Of a stretch of 64,000 bases of DNA, positions 10,772 to 20,273 are shown piece by piece. The stretch lies in assembly GCA_045568435.1 (NCBI GenBank), contig JBJLBB010000001.1, positions 357,291-421,290 of the forward strand, read 5' to 3'. Under the pieces are notes generated by a model that saw only the letters and a program-made list of their open reading frames with translations, searched no databases and was not told the origin of the DNA. This DNA comes from Candidatus Poseidoniaceae archaeon (GTDB taxonomy: Archaea; Thermoplasmatota; Poseidoniia; Poseidoniales; Poseidoniaceae). Made by a program: the position numbers and the translations under genes. Within the stretch, counting starts at the first letter, position 1. Each line of letters opens with the position of its first letter.

Positions 10772-11464
10772 TTGGATATCATCATGGGAATCGAAACGGT
10801 TGTTCTATTGTTGGAACAATCTTGCTTAGATGACCTTCTAGCACTGACATGGGATGAATTATACAACGGCATGGAAAAGGGCAAGTTCAGGCAATCTAGA
10901 CCTCAAAGTGATGAAAGATTGAATCGTTTATTCGATATTGATTGTGAAGCAGAAATTCTTGATTGGATGGATTCTGTAGAAAGTGAACCAAGTGTGAATG
11001 TCAAATCATCTCTTCAGAATATCAATAATGGCTCTGAAGGCCTTCTCAAACTTATGGAGTGGGCAAGTCCAGGTCAATGGACTTCCTGGGAAGCAAGAAC
11101 ATATCTCTACTTAGATGTAGCATTGAAGCGGGAAATCGCCAATAGAGATGACCTATATTCGCATTCCACTTGGAGTCAAATGATTGAATCACTGGCAGGA
11201 ATTCCTGAAGAAGAATTCTCTCAAAATGTCTGTCTTGATTGGATGGATAGAAGAAAAGAACTTGGAGAAACCCTTGATGAAGCCAAAGACCCAAAGATAA
11301 TTCCTACATATGAGGCTCATGACAGAACCTCTCGATTATTGGTTCACACAATATCACGTTGGAACAAAGAAGACGGACTGACTGGTATTGTTGGTAGAGA
11401 ACATATGGATGCCAATAAATGGGGCCATGGAGAGTTCAATATCCGTAATATTTTGAATTCATAG
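10772..11464 (+). CDS. Hypothetical protein
   Basis: 230-aa ORF with no motif recognised by eye; the coding call rests only on ORF length and position. Confidence 0.4.
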   Translation: MDIIMGIETVVLLLEQSCLDDLLALTWDELYNGMEKGKFRQSRPQSDERLNRLFDIDCEAEILDWMDSVESEPSVNVKSSLQNINNGSEGLLKLMEWASPGQWTSWEARTYLYLDVALKREIANRDDLYSHSTWSQMIESLAGIPEEEFSQNVCLDWMDRRKELGETLDEAKDPKIIPTYEAHDRTSRLLVHTISRWNKEDGLTGIVGREHMDANKWGHGEFNIRNILNS

Positions 11465-11504
11465 TTTCGACGGGTTCAAACAATAGTTATGTGACCGGCA
11501 ATCA

Positions 11505-12071
11505 ATGTCTGATGACAAGTCACCCGAAGATGACGATGAAATTATCGAAAATATCGATGATGAAATCCCAGTTGTTGATGAAGAAGGCGAAACTATGGAA
11601 GTTGGGGTTGAAGAAGAATTAGACCCACTTGAAGAAGCATTATCAAGAGCCGAAAAAGCGGAAAAAGAAATCGCTTACAAAGAAGCAGAAACTCAAAATG
11701 TCCGTAAAAGAATGATGGCAGAAAAGTCTGAATTAATTCAATATGGTGGAATGGGTCTTGCCAGAAAAATGCTCACCATTCTATCAGATGTCGATAGAGC
11801 ATTGTCTACTATTGAGGATGATGACCAATCGCCTGTCGCTCAAGGAATTAGGCTTCTTAGAAACAAGATGTGGCATGAGTTATCTGGAGAGGGCGTTACT
11901 GCAATCGAAGCAAAAGGTAAGCAATTCGACCCTGCAAAAATGGAAGCAATAACAACTATTCCAGCATCAGAAAACTTCGCAAGTGGCTCGGTAGTTGATG
12001 TTTTAGAAGCCGGATATATGTACAAACAAAGAGTACTCATCGCTGCCAGAGTTGTTGTCGCTTCTGATTAA
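11505..12071 (+). CDS. grpE: Nucleotide exchange factor GrpE
   Basis: Acidic N-terminus, coiled-coil, and GrpE C-terminal motifs FDPAKMEAI...LEAGYMYKQRVLIAARVVV. No dnaK or dnaJ in the window. Confidence 0.8.
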   Translation: MSDDKSPEDDDEIIENIDDEIPVVDEEGETMEVGVEEELDPLEEALSRAEKAEKEIAYKEAETQNVRKRMMAEKSELIQYGGMGLARKMLTILSDVDRALSTIEDDDQSPVAQGIRLLRNKMWHELSGEGVTAIEAKGKQFDPAKMEAITTIPASENFASGSVVDVLEAGYMYKQRVLIAARVVVASD

Positions 12072-12608
12072 TCATCCAGCATAGACGCCGGTCTGGAAAG
12101 TGGAAAGGCGATACAAAGCATCTTTTTCAATCAACCAATCGACAACTGCAACTGGAAGGGTTGCAGAAAGTACTTCTCGAATTGCATCAAAGTCATCAAC
12201 TGTTGAGAGCATTTTGATAGTCTGCCTTATTCTCCAACCTTCAAAATTTTCTCTATTTTCCAGTTCAACATCAATAACTTCCCAGTTCGATGAGCGATAT
12301 AGTTCAGCTGTTTGTTTATCTGAAGTGACCAAAATTCCTTCCCCATGGAATTTCGAAGCATGTTCTACCCAATTAGGCGGGTCATCGATATCATCGATTA
12401 AAACAACTTCAACCGTACTTGACCAAGATTCAATCATTTCTTTTCTCTCATCCCCCGTCCATGGATTACGTGGTTCCATTTGGCATGAAGCAGAACCTAT
12501 TGCTACAGTCACTTTATCATTTTCAGATGCCATTTCTAATGCTTTTTCAATTAGTAATGCATGTCCATTGTGTAAGGGCTGAAAGCGTCCTAAAACAATG
12601 TAGTTCAT
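12072..12608 (-). CDS. Nicotinamide-nucleotide adenylyltransferase (archaeal NMNAT, cytidylyltransferase fold)
   Basis: GRFQPLHNGH, the (H/T)xGH nucleotidyltransferase motif of archaeal NadM-type enzymes; 178 aa. Confidence 0.75.
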   Translation of the reverse strand: MNYIVLGRFQPLHNGHALLIEKALEMASENDKVTVAIGSASCQMEPRNPWTGDERKEMIESWSSTVEVVLIDDIDDPPNWVEHASKFHGEGILVTSDKQTAELYRSSNWEVIDVELENRENFEGWRIRQTIKMLSTVDDFDAIREVLSATLPVAVVDWLIEKDALYRLSTFQTGVYAG

Positions 12609-12617
12609 TTCAAGACC

Positions 12618-13802
12618 TCAAAAAAAGGATTCAACTTCAACCTCTGGCAAATCCACACCATGGTCTTTGAAACACGAAATCATTCTTCTACATCCCTCAA
12701 CCATCTCTTCAACAGTTGTTTCGCCCATTGAACCAACTCTGAACATCTTGCCTTTGAGATGGTCTTGTGCCCCAATCACTTGAGTTTGATACTTGTCCTT
12801 AAGATCGCCTCTCCATGTATCGTCTACCCCTTCAGGATACATTATTGCAGTCACGGTACTACTACGCTGAAAAGGGTCGGCAAGTAATTCAAATCCTAAA
12901 TGAGAAAATAAGTTTTGAACACCCTTTGAAAGCATCTCACATCGATTCCATCGACCTTCAAGTGTCTCCTCCTTTAGGGTGTTAAGCGCTTTACCCCAAC
13001 CCATTGCTAAATTGATTGCTGGAGTCCATGGAGTTTGGTCGTCATCACCTTTCTTAAGTGCTGAAATCAAATCAAGATAGTAAGTTGGGCTACATTCTCC
13101 TTGCTCTCTAATCGCTTTACTTCGTTCGATAAAGTGTGAATTAATAGCGATTGCAGCAATTCCAGAAGGACCTGCTGTACACTTTTGTGCACCGACTACA
13201 GCAGCCTCTGCGCCCCATTTCTCAAGATGCACCGGTAGTCCTCCAATAGATGTGATTCCATCTAGAATAAATGGTGTATTGTGGCGCTGACACATCTCAG
13301 CAATCGCTGGTGCATCTTGAGTAATTCCTGAACTCGTTTCATTGTGGCAAATGATTAATCCCGCGTAGCATTTACGCTCTAATTGTTGTTCAAGTTCGAA
13401 TAAATCAAATGCTCTACCCCATTCGTATTTGATATGCTTAACATTACAAAATCTCGAACATATCTCTGCCACACGTTCCCCAAATTTACCATTGGTAGGA
13501 ACTAAAACTAGGTCATTAGAACGAAATCGATTAGCAATTACCATTTCCATAGCAGCAGTTCCACTTCCTGAAACTACAACCACTTTGTAATCATCATCTC
13601 CTGCCCATGAATGATTCTTTCTTTCTGGTTTAGAAGGTGCAATATTGAATGCATATCTCAAGCCAGAATTTAGTTCTGCCATCACATCTCTAAACTCTGG
13701 ACCTCGGGCGGTGATGGTAGGAGTTGCCATCGCATCTAAGCATGCTTGATTCATTCTAACTGGTCCAGGAACAAGGAAGCAGTCTCCATCATAAGATGCC
13801 AT
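12618..13802 (-). CDS. Class V aminotransferase (serine-pyruvate / alanine-glyoxylate aminotransferase-like)
   Basis: AGXT-family architecture; PLP-binding Lys context VGAQKCTAGPSG; 394 aa. Confidence 0.75.
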   Translation of the reverse strand: MASYDGDCFLVPGPVRMNQACLDAMATPTITARGPEFRDVMAELNSGLRYAFNIAPSKPERKNHSWAGDDDYKVVVVSGSGTAAMEMVIANRFRSNDLVLVPTNGKFGERVAEICSRFCNVKHIKYEWGRAFDLFELEQQLERKCYAGLIICHNETSSGITQDAPAIAEMCQRHNTPFILDGITSIGGLPVHLEKWGAEAAVVGAQKCTAGPSGIAAIAINSHFIERSKAIREQGECSPTYYLDLISALKKGDDDQTPWTPAINLAMGWGKALNTLKEETLEGRWNRCEMLSKGVQNLFSHLGFELLADPFQRSSTVTAIMYPEGVDDTWRGDLKDKYQTQVIGAQDHLKGKMFRVGSMGETTVEEMVEGCRRMISCFKDHGVDLPEVEVESFF

Positions 13803-13893
13803 TATGTTATCGCAGTTGGAGGAAGTTCTTCAACACCTTGTATGACTGTTCATCAAGCGTTGGGCTGATAGAGGACGAGCCGTACGGCAATAC

Positions 13894-14583
13894 ATGTTGC
13901 GAATCGGTTTGGCGATGCTACAGGGTGCGCGACATGAACACATCGAGGCGCTGATACATGCTTCAGAGGAAGTTGACATAGAAATTGAAATTATCGAATT
14001 GCGTAAAAGTTCTCAACTCGATTCAGATATTTGTGCACTTATACTTCCAGGAGGCGAATCTACAGCAATGCGTAAAGCAAGTAAAAGTGAGTCACTGCTT
14101 GATGGTATATTTGATTGGATGGATAAATTTCCTAATCGCCCAGTTCTAGGAACTTGTGCTGGGGCAATTCTTTTATCAAATCCAGGGGAACAAAGACAAC
14201 CATACATTTCAGCACAAATATCACGAAATGCTTGGGGTCGTCAACGGCAATCTTTTGAAGCGCAGCTACAGATTGAACTAGAGACCCCAGAATCGAATCC
14301 GACTAAGGAACTCGAATTACAACGTGATAATTTCAATCACAAGCCACTAAAAATCTCACACGAAGCCGCAATTGGTGATTCAGAGTCTTACCCAGGAGTA
14401 TTTATCCGAGCCCCAAGATTCCTTGCAAATTCGGTTAAATGTACTACAGTAGCAACTTTGGAAGAAGAAGTCGTAGGAATATTGGATGGAATGAAGTTGG
14501 CATTGACCTTTCACCCTGAATTAACACTAGACCGTCGATTCCACAGATGGCTTATTGTTGAGGCAAAGAATAATTTTTCCTAA
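13894..14583 (+). CDS. pdxT: Pyridoxal 5'-phosphate synthase glutaminase subunit PdxT
   Basis: LQGARHEH, LILPGGESTAM, GTCAG (catalytic Cys), WGRQRQSFEA, GVFIRAP, FHPELT; near-collinear with B. subtilis PdxT motifs. No pdxS adjacent. Confidence 0.8.
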   Translation: MLRIGLAMLQGARHEHIEALIHASEEVDIEIEIIELRKSSQLDSDICALILPGGESTAMRKASKSESLLDGIFDWMDKFPNRPVLGTCAGAILLSNPGEQRQPYISAQISRNAWGRQRQSFEAQLQIELETPESNPTKELELQRDNFNHKPLKISHEAAIGDSESYPGVFIRAPRFLANSVKCTTVATLEEEVVGILDGMKLALTFHPELTLDRRFHRWLIVEAKNNFS

Positions 14584-14606
14584 ATTCTTGCGAGAGTTTC
14601 AAACCA

Positions 14607-15719
14607 ATGAGTCGACACGGGGTATTGTTTGACATGTCTAGGTCTCTAATGATGGCAACTGAAATCCTTTCCGCCGAACAAGGCGAAGCTGAAGGATGTA
14701 TACAGTGTCAAAAGGGTAGTAAACTGGTCTTATTCGTAACTGGAAAGTGCCACTGGGGCTGTGATTATTGTCCGCTTTCCGAAAATCGTAGAGAAAGCCC
14801 TGATATGTTTGCTAACGAACGAAGATGTAATTCTTGGGAAGAAGTGATAGAAGAGGGACATGCCATGAAGGCAACTGGAACTGGGATCACTGGAGGAGAC
14901 CCAATGCTTGATTTGGAGAAATCCTTAGAGGCAGTAAAGCAACTCAAATCTGCATTTGGCCCTGAACATCATATTCACTTGTATACATCGATACCATTTG
15001 ACCACAATCGTGCTGCTGATTTTGGCAATGCTGGACTCGATGAAATAAGATTCCATTTACTCGATGGTACTGTCGACAAATACCTGAAAGTAATGCAGGC
15101 TTGCAAAGATGCTGGGATTTTTGTCGGTGTTGAACTGCCATGTGAACCAGATAAAGAAGAGCAATTATTCTCCCTAATCGAACAACTTCATGTATCACCG
15201 GTAGAATTTCTAAATCTAAATGAATTGGAAATCACTGTTGGTAATCAAGATAATATGGATGTTAGAGGATTTAATCTCAGCGGTGGTATAACTGCTGCTG
15301 CAGAAGGTTCTTTTGAATTAGGAATGAAGATTAAAGAAGCCTCAAAGGAACTGGACTTTCATTTGAAGTTCTGTACAGCTAAATTCAAGGATGCAGGACA
15401 ACTAAGAGCCCGATTTAAGCGAAGAGGTCAAGCAAATCTTCGACCATATGAAGTTTTGAGTGATGATGATACGATTATTTTTGGAGCAATTCCAACAAGT
15501 CTTGGAGATGCACAAGAGGATATTGAGGAACTAAAAAAGGAGCTTGAAATCGATGATGGTTGGATTCGATTTGATGCTCAAAATCAACGTATTGAATTGC
15601 CTTTATCTATCGCTGAAGAAATTGCAAATATCTTAGAAGTCCCTGTACAGTTAGTTGAGGTTCACCCTACTCATGAAAGACTTGAAGTTGGAATTATTAA
15701 TCTTAATTCTCATCGCTGA
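14607..15719 (+). CDS. Radical SAM domain protein
   Basis: CHWGCDYC = C-x3-C-x2-C radical SAM cluster motif near the N-terminus; 370 aa; subfamily not determinable by eye. Confidence 0.7.
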   Translation: MSRHGVLFDMSRSLMMATEILSAEQGEAEGCIQCQKGSKLVLFVTGKCHWGCDYCPLSENRRESPDMFANERRCNSWEEVIEEGHAMKATGTGITGGDPMLDLEKSLEAVKQLKSAFGPEHHIHLYTSIPFDHNRAADFGNAGLDEIRFHLLDGTVDKYLKVMQACKDAGIFVGVELPCEPDKEEQLFSLIEQLHVSPVEFLNLNELEITVGNQDNMDVRGFNLSGGITAAAEGSFELGMKIKEASKELDFHLKFCTAKFKDAGQLRARFKRRGQANLRPYEVLSDDDTIIFGAIPTSLGDAQEDIEELKKELEIDDGWIRFDAQNQRIELPLSIAEEIANILEVPVQLVEVHPTHERLEVGIINLNSHR

Positions 15720-15769
15720 AAATTATTTGCCATACTTTGACTTCCAATTGAATTCATTAGTGGTCAAAA

Positions 15770-18394
15770 GTGCTTCTTGCGACCAAGTTTATGATGAATC
15801 TTAAGTATGGGTCAACAAAGAATTGCATTATTGGTGAGTCAGTGCTAAGCGGGAAATTGTCAAAGGGATTGATTTTGCAGATAATCGCTGCAGTTGCAAT
15901 TCTTTCCCTGCCTTCTCTAATTCACACCGGCTCTTACATCATCGCAGACGCACCAGCCCCAAAAGAAGGAGTTGAAATGCCTCCTGAAGGGCATGAAAAA
16001 CTCAGCGAAGGATTATTTTTCATCGTTTTAGATGGAGGCCGAAGAGATATGATGAAAGATCCTAATCTAATGCCAACTCTAAATTCAATGACGTCAAATA
16101 ATGGAACCTACATTGATGTTTTCACTAACCCTCTAACGATGACTGCTTCATGTGTCAAAGAGATGGCAACTGGGATTCCTTCAAGGCCTAATGAGGGATT
16201 GAGTAATTTCCACCCTGAACACCCCGGCACCCCCGATGGATGGTCATTAGCAAGTTCATATGATGGAGATAATGATGGCATAGCAGATAATGAATTTGCC
16301 ATTGTTGGTGACTATGTATGGGGAGACCTTTACGCTGAAAATGATGAAATTAATTTCATGAAACACCGGTATGGTCATGGAGATTATATGCGAGGAGATA
16401 CCGAATCATTTGAAACGATCAATAGTTGGCTTGATGGAGAAATACCAGCGAGTAATACCAAAGAAGATGTTGTATTTGACAGAACACCTAATGTCATAGT
16501 AGCACACTTATCCGGACTTGATAGTACTGGCCATAGATATGGTTCGAAAGATTCTACTGAATATATGGATAAACTGAAATGGTTAGATGATAATTTTGCT
16601 ATAATTTTCGAGAAAGTTCGCTTAAACTATTCAAATTGGACAGTAGTAGTTACTTCCGACCATGGATTGACCGATACCGGACAACACGGTTCTCCCGATG
16701 AAATAATTCGTGAAGTCGGTGCTTGGGTCTGGGGACCTAATATCAAGAAAGGACATACTGTTGAAAAGCAGATAGACCAGAGAGATTTGGCGACTTTACC
16801 ATCGCTATTACTTTCGCTACCACTACCTCATGCAAACCATGGTAAATTTCCATTAGACATGTTAGATATCACTCCAGAAAATAAGCAACAATTAGAGCAA
16901 TGGAACTGGGATGCAACGGTTCAGCGAAATGAGTGGATGGAAGAAAATGACCACCCATATGTCGAAGGATTAACCTCAGAAGTAGTTGAGTGGGAAGAAA
17001 TATCTCCTGAAGAAATGGGAATTCGTAATATTGATTTACTACTTTCTGGCTTATTCTTCATTCTAATTTGTAGTGCTGTTATGTTTTTGATGAATAAAAA
17101 TGGATTTACTAATAAAGAAACATATGGTTGCGGTGCAGTCTTGGGTTTGATTTTTGCAGTTTCATCCTATATTGCTGCTAACAGGCAAGTCCTTGTTGGT
17201 ATTTTTTATCCACTAGGTAACATTGCTCCATACTCTGTAGCAGTGTTATCGTTATTCCTTATATCGACAAAATCAGAGAATAAGAAAGTAATCAATGCTG
17301 CAATCTGTATGTTATTGGCGACTATTGTGCTGATGTTATCATTTGTGGAAACAAGATTTTCCGCACTTGGACTACTTCTCATTGCTATGATTGGTATGCC
17401 TATCTTTAGAAGTATCGATGTTAAGGATAAATCCACAAATAAATTAAAAATATTCTATGTAATAGTAATGATACCAACTATATTCCTTACACATTCTCGA
17501 TCGATTGGATTTTCCTTACCAAGAATGATGATATATTTTACATTCGAACAAAGTCTTCTATCTGTTTTATTTGGAAGTACACTAATCTTAATTTCAACTA
17601 TGTTTTTCCTTAGCCGGAATGAAAAAATCAGTAAAAACTCACATAGAGCCACTATTGCAGTAATGTTTACTGCCATACCCGCGCTTATTGCTCAAGAAAG
17701 TAATTTTATTGATTGGATATTGCTAACTGGGCTCATAATTAGCGTATTATTTGCAAGTTATCTTGCATTTAGGAAAAATGAGAATGCCCATGATATTTAT
17801 CTCTACAGCACGCTATTTTGGTTGACCATGACCTGGGGGGGTTGGGCATGTGCTGCAACCATGGTGATGTATGCAAGTTTCGAATCATTCTTAGGGAAAG
17901 AATTGAAATTGCTAACAGAAAAATGTGAAATTCTACATCGGGAAATTGCAAGAAATGTAATTATCGCTTTATTCCCTCTTGTAGTTTGGTTCACATGGTG
18001 GGCTGCACTTGGCCAAATCGACGGATTAGGACATCCTAGAGATGTCGACCCCGGAAATATTTTCCTTAATGGAGGCTACATTGGAGATAGATTCTCACCG
18101 AGTAATGCTTGGGTTGGGTTCATGGGTGCAGGAGCAACAGTTGCTATGTCCATGATGTGGTGGAGCCTGTTTAACAAAATGGGATGGCCTGTTCACTATG
18201 TTGCATTATTACTAGTAGCTAGAATTTCATTAATTAGTCTACAGTTATCCGTATCCCCTAATCTTCCAAGACTTATTTTCAAGATCTCTTGGGATATAAT
18301 CTTCGCACTAGGTTTACTCGGATTTATGGCTCATATACTTCTTTACAATTACTTGCGAGATAGAAGTAATACCAAAGTTTCTAAATCACTCTGA
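15770..18394 (+). CDS. Alkaline-phosphatase-superfamily membrane enzyme, GPI ethanolamine-phosphate transferase (PigN/PigO/Mcd4)-like
   Basis: N-terminal catalytic domain with FIVLDGGRRD, AHLSGLDSTGHRYG and VVVTSDHGLTDTGQHGS, the metal-binding motifs of the PigN/phosphodiesterase family. About 450 aa of multi-pass TM helices follow at the C-terminus, as in PigN. Confidence 0.65.
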   Translation: MLLATKFMMNLKYGSTKNCIIGESVLSGKLSKGLILQIIAAVAILSLPSLIHTGSYIIADAPAPKEGVEMPPEGHEKLSEGLFFIVLDGGRRDMMKDPNLMPTLNSMTSNNGTYIDVFTNPLTMTASCVKEMATGIPSRPNEGLSNFHPEHPGTPDGWSLASSYDGDNDGIADNEFAIVGDYVWGDLYAENDEINFMKHRYGHGDYMRGDTESFETINSWLDGEIPASNTKEDVVFDRTPNVIVAHLSGLDSTGHRYGSKDSTEYMDKLKWLDDNFAIIFEKVRLNYSNWTVVVTSDHGLTDTGQHGSPDEIIREVGAWVWGPNIKKGHTVEKQIDQRDLATLPSLLLSLPLPHANHGKFPLDMLDITPENKQQLEQWNWDATVQRNEWMEENDHPYVEGLTSEVVEWEEISPEEMGIRNIDLLLSGLFFILICSAVMFLMNKNGFTNKETYGCGAVLGLIFAVSSYIAANRQVLVGIFYPLGNIAPYSVAVLSLFLISTKSENKKVINAAICMLLATIVLMLSFVETRFSALGLLLIAMIGMPIFRSIDVKDKSTNKLKIFYVIVMIPTIFLTHSRSIGFSLPRMMIYFTFEQSLLSVLFGSTLILISTMFFLSRNEKISKNSHRATIAVMFTAIPALIAQESNFIDWILLTGLIISVLFASYLAFRKNENAHDIYLYSTLFWLTMTWGGWACAATMVMYASFESFLGKELKLLTEKCEILHREIARNVIIALFPLVVWFTWWAALGQIDGLGHPRDVDPGNIFLNGGYIGDRFSPSNAWVGFMGAGATVAMSMMWWSLFNKMGWPVHYVALLLVARISLISLQLSVSPNLPRLIFKISWDIIFALGLLGFMAHILLYNYLRDRSNTKVSKSL

Positions 18395-19348
18395 TTCAAA
18401 ATTTTGTTGTTCCTGTAGTTCAGACATTTTAGGCCCTGAAAGTATGTAAAATATAAGCAGGATTGCTGAAATTGAGTACAACAAAAATTGTGGCGTTGTA
18501 TTATCCATATCAATCGCAAATTCAGTGGATTGTGTCCAAGATAACAAGGTCCCAAATAAAATTGCAAGACCTTGTATTGCTGAAACTTTCATTGGTATTC
18601 CATGCTTATTTTTTGGTAATTTACGGTCAGCGATCATTAGCCCTCCCGAAATAAACATTACTGGTAGAATTAAGAAATCAAAGAATGGCTTTTCTACCAA
18701 AGAGTCATTATGAGGTCCAAAACTATCAAAAAGACCATCGGTTGTAACTCCAGGTCCAAAGCCAGAAGATGGTTGTAGCCAAATTAATGCTGCAACTGTA
18801 ATCAATATCATGGCATTACCTGGAGAGGCTAATCCATGGAAATATGCTTTGTCAGACGCCTGTTCATATTGGAATCTGGCCAGCCTTAGCATACCAGTAA
18901 CAATTACCCAACAAGAAGCAATTCCAAGAGATACCGTCCAAAGCGGTGATGCTTCACCCCAACGGCCAAACATTACAAACATCAAAAGTGCAGGGGCCAC
19001 ACAAAATGATATGCAATCGGACATGACATCTAATGTCCCACCTAGTAATTTTCGCTTTGAATATTTTCTAGCGATTGGACCGTCGATGATATCACCGATT
19101 ACCGATAGCATAATACATACCATAGCACCCCAAATATAATTTGTTTTCACACCATCTGCGAAATATGGATTTTGTAATTCTTCGACTGCTAGAATGATGA
19201 ACATTAGTGCTGCGACACCGAGTAAACCATTGGCTAATGTAATGAAATCTGCAATCCCCATCATTCTGTAAGTTGTCTTCATTTTTCCACCCCATCGAAA
19301 GTACCTTACTAGAGTTCGGTAAAATATATTGGAAAACTCTATACTCAA
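18386..19348 (-). CDS. CDP-alcohol phosphatidyltransferase (PssA-like archaetidylserine/archaetidylinositol synthase family)
   Basis: Canonical motif D-G-x2-A-R-x8-G-x3-D-x3-D: DGPIARKYSKRKLLGGTLDVMSD. Polytopic membrane protein; the real start may be the internal MKTTYRMMG. Confidence 0.75.
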   Translation of the reverse strand: MSIEFSNIFYRTLVRYFRWGGKMKTTYRMMGIADFITLANGLLGVAALMFIILAVEELQNPYFADGVKTNYIWGAMVCIMLSVIGDIIDGPIARKYSKRKLLGGTLDVMSDCISFCVAPALLMFVMFGRWGEASPLWTVSLGIASCWVIVTGMLRLARFQYEQASDKAYFHGLASPGNAMILITVAALIWLQPSSGFGPGVTTDGLFDSFGPHNDSLVEKPFFDFLILPVMFISGGLMIADRKLPKNKHGIPMKVSAIQGLAILFGTLLSWTQSTEFAIDMDNTTPQFLLYSISAILLIFYILSGPKMSELQEQQNFESE

Positions 19349-19448
19349 GAAGGTTTACCCATCCAAGTCAAAAAACAATGATTTTCCTCATAAGCCAATT
19401 AAAACCATTAATGCCTAATTCTAAATAACCAATACTCTTAGCAGTTGT

Positions 19449-20024
19449 ATGGAAAAGAAGATTATTATCGCACTATTACTATCGATGATTCTACTTTCAC
19501 CTCTCACTTCAGCAGCTGAAGTAAAAGGCGGAGAAGATGTAAATCCCGATGAAAACGAAGTCCCATTCACCATTGATTCACGTGATACTCCGTCTATGGA
19601 TTCAAAATCATGGTCACTAACAATTACAATGAATGATGATGAATACCAAAATAATACTACCTTTGAAATTACCACCCAAATATGTCTAAATGATGGAGTA
19701 TGCGACCCTCCTGTAGTAATGGACGCTGAAGTAAACGGAGCACAACACACAGTTTCTGTAACTCCACCAAGCGACCACACCTATGTTAACTGGAGAGTTA
19801 AAGCAATTTATGAAGATGGAAATTCTACAAATTACCCCACCGGAGATTGGTATAAAACATGGTCTTCATGCTGGTATGATGGTGGTTCTTTTGGAGGGAT
19901 TGATTCTACCGAGGAAGGATGTACTGGTGAAGATGAAAGTCTTCCAGGATTCACGGCAATAATTGCATCGAGTGCAATTCTTCTTGCGGTTGGATTTTCT
20001 CGAAGAAATGATTACCAAAAATAG
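19449..20024 (+). CDS. Secreted protein with PGF-CTERM archaeosortase sorting signal
   Basis: N-terminal signal peptide MEKKIIIALLLSMILLSPLTSAAE; C-terminus LPGFTAIIASSAILLAVGFSRRNDYQK = PGF motif + TM helix + basic tail. Confidence 0.7.
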   Translation: MEKKIIIALLLSMILLSPLTSAAEVKGGEDVNPDENEVPFTIDSRDTPSMDSKSWSLTITMNDDEYQNNTTFEITTQICLNDGVCDPPVVMDAEVNGAQHTVSVTPPSDHTYVNWRVKAIYEDGNSTNYPTGDWYKTWSSCWYDGGSFGGIDSTEEGCTGEDESLPGFTAIIASSAILLAVGFSRRNDYQK

Positions 20025-20273
20025 TAAATTATTGGTATTGAAAGGAATATCAGTACAAACATAGGATACAACATTTTTGACCACCATTTATGGTCAATTT
20101 TCTCTCCAATAGCATCTCCAATTTCTGCTAACGCTTCTTCTATTAGACCTGATGGTGAACTATCCATAGCATTTGGTAAAGCCGTTCTATCTTCAATGAT
20201 TCCCCGACTGTGATCTCAAAGATCTCGTATTTACAACCGCAAGAGATAACATCAACAGCTCATATCGCAAACC

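Noticed and set aside
20013-20167. Possible 52-aa minus-strand ORF (MDSSPSGLIEEALAEIGDAIGEKIDHKWWSKMLYPMFVLIFLSIPIIYYFW) between the PGF-CTERM gene and the GH1 gene
   Set aside because: It is below any reasonable length threshold and has no recognisable homology. Its 3' end overlaps the convergent gene. It is kept only as a note.
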